A DNA stretch of 64,000 nucleotides from Felis catus. Taxonomy: Eukaryota. Below, one piece after another: positions 61,896-64,000 of this stretch (the stretch's first letter is position 1; the number at the start of each line of letters is the position of its first letter). The notes beneath the pieces were generated by a model. It was not told the DNA's origin and ran no database searches. It saw only the letters and a list, made by a program, of their open reading frames with translations. The stretch spans positions 143,656,001-143,720,000 of the forward strand of contig NC_058368.1 in assembly GCF_018350175.1 (NCBI RefSeq), read 5' to 3'. A program made the translations under genes and the position numbers.

Positions 61896-64000
61896 TTAGA
61901 GCAGAAATAATGATATAGAAACCAAAAATAAAAAACAGTAGAACAGATCAGTGAAACTAAGAACTGGTTCTTTGTGAATAAACAAAATTGATAACCCCCT
62001 AGCTAGACTTACCAAAAAGAAAAGAGAAAGGATCCCAATAGATAAAATCAACAAATGAAAGAGGAGAGATCACCACCAACACCACAGAAATACAAATAAT
62101 TACAAGAGAATACTGTGAAAAATTATATGCCAACAAACTGGACAATCTGGAAGAAATAGACAAATTCCTAGAAATTCACAAACTACCAAAACTGCAACAG
62201 GAAGAAATAGAAGATTTGAATAGACCAATAACCAGCAAAGAAACTGAATCAGTAATCAAAACTCTCCCAACAAACAAGAGTCCTGGGACAGATGGCTTCC
62301 CAGGGGAATTCTATCAGACATTTAAAGAAGAGCTAATAACTATTCTTCTCAAACTGTTTCAAAAATAGAAATAGTCATTCTATGAAGCTAGCATTACCTT
62401 GATTCCAAAACCAGACAAAGATCCCGCTAAAAAAGGAGAATTACAGGCCAATATCCCTGATGAATATGGATGGAAAAATTCTCAACAAGATATTAGCAAA
62501 TTAAATTCAACAGTACATTAAAAGAATTATTCACCAGGATCAAGTGGGATTTATTCCTGGGCTGCAGGGCTGGTTTAATATTTGCAAATCAATCAGTGTG
62601 ATACACCACATTAATAAAAGAAAGGGTAAGAACCATATGACCCTGTCAATAGATGCAGAAAAACCATTTGACAAAATACAGCATCCATTCTTGATAAAAA
62701 AACCCTCAACAAAGTAGGAGTAGATAGGACATACCTCAACGTTATAAAGACCACATGCAAAAGACCCACAGCTAGTAACCTCAATGGGGAAAAACTGAGA
62801 CCCTTTCCCCTATGGTCAGGAACAAGACAAAGATGTCCACTCTTGCCATTACTATTTAAAATGGAACTGGGAGTCTTACCTTCAGCAATCAGACAACAAA
62901 AAGAAATAAAAGGCATCCAAACTGGCAAGGAAGAAGTTAAACTGTCACTATTTGCAGATGACATCTAGAAAATGTGGAAAACCCAAAAGACTCCATCAAA
63001 AATTGCTAGAACAATACATTAATTCAGCAAAGTCATGGGATATAAAATCAATGCACAGAAATCTGTTGCATTCCTATATACCAATAACAAAGTAGCAGAA
63101 AAAGAAATCAAAGAATCGATCCCATTCGCAATTGCACCAAAACAATAAGATAACCTAGGAATAAACCTAACTAAACAGGTAAAAGATCTACACTCTAAAA
63201 ACTATAGAACACTTGTGAAATAAATTGAAGAAGACCTAAAGAAATGGAAAAGAATTCCATACTCATGGATTGGAAGAACAAGCATTGTTAAGATGTCTAT
63301 ACTATCTAAAGCAATATACACATTTAATGCATCCCTATCAAAGTACCCCCAGAATTTTTCCCAGAGCTAGAACAAACAGTCTTAAAATTTGTATGGAACA
63401 AATTTGTATGGACTCCAAATAGCCAAAGCAATCCTAAAAACGAAAAACAAAATTGAAGGCATCACAATTCTGGATTTTAAGCTTTGTTACAAAGCTTAAC
63501 ATACAAAGCTTGAGGTCAAAGAAGTTACTGCCTGTGTTCTCCTCTAGGATTTTGATGTTTTCCTGTCTCACATTTAGGTCTTTCATGCACATTGAATTCA
63601 TTTTTGTGTATGGTGTAAAAAAGTGGGCCAGGTTCATTCTTCTTCATGTTGCCGCCCAGTTTTCCCAGCACCATTTATTGAAGAGACTGTCTTTTTCCCA
63701 TTAGATATTTTTTCCTGCTTTGTCGAAGATGAGTTGGCCATATAGTTGTGGGTCCATTTCTGGATTCTCTATTCTGTTCCTTGATCTTTATGTCTGTTTT
63801 TGTGCCACCAGTACCATGCTGTCTTGATGACCTCGGCTGCAGCAACTTCTTACTAGACGTGTCACTGAAGGCAAGGGAAAGAAAAGCCAACATCAGTTAT
63901 TGGGACTTCATCAATATAAAAACTTCTGCACAGCAAAGGAAACAATCAACAAAATTAAAAGGTAGCCTATGGAATAGGAGAAGATAGTTGCAAATGACAT

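Larger units (their letters stand above)
58899..64000 (+). mobile_element. Long decayed carnivore L1 (5'UTR start, ORF1 ~59180-60330, ORF2 from ~60410), runs past window end; three SINE insertions and an internal inversion
   Basis: ggggaggagttaagatggc 5' end; EN-like SAHGTFSRIDHILGH; RT LFADD at ~62948; many stops and frameshifts. Confidence 0.93.

Noticed and set aside
58899..64000. Active LINE-1
   Set aside because: Multiple stops and frameshifts, three SINE insertions, shortened 5'UTR and an internal inversion
25200..64000. THBS4 coding exons expected from synteny
   Set aside because: No signal-peptide, LamG, EGF or type-3 repeat translation found; they probably lie beyond the window

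Overview
Mammalian genomic DNA, almost certainly a cat or other feliform, judged from the dense tRNA-derived Can-SINEs of the SINEC_Fc type. It contains one complete protein-coding gene, metaxin-3 (MTX3), on the minus strand. MTX3 has 9 coding exons (24954 down to 16072), all introns are GT-AG with matching phases, and the CDS is 939 nt (312 aa plus stop). It has a CpG-island promoter (~24.4-25.1 kb) and a probable ~6.4-kb 3'UTR. The rest is repeat-rich (about 28 SINEs, L1/L2/MIR, MER-type DNA transposons, old LTRs, microsatellites) and ends in a decayed, rearranged L1 running off the window. From recalled synteny the right part should be the MTX3-THBS4 interval, but no THBS4 coding exon is visible. 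The main leads are: a phase-compatible chain of cryptic plus-strand exons (34-42.6 kb) that may be a decayed gene; a TISU/YY1+GABP+NRF1 promoter; a CpG-rich degenerate 22-bp repeat; two long palindromes; and an L1 internal inversion with template-switch scars. All are hypotheses needing alignment or expression data. Repeat family names are from memory of consensus sequences and their boundaries are approximate.
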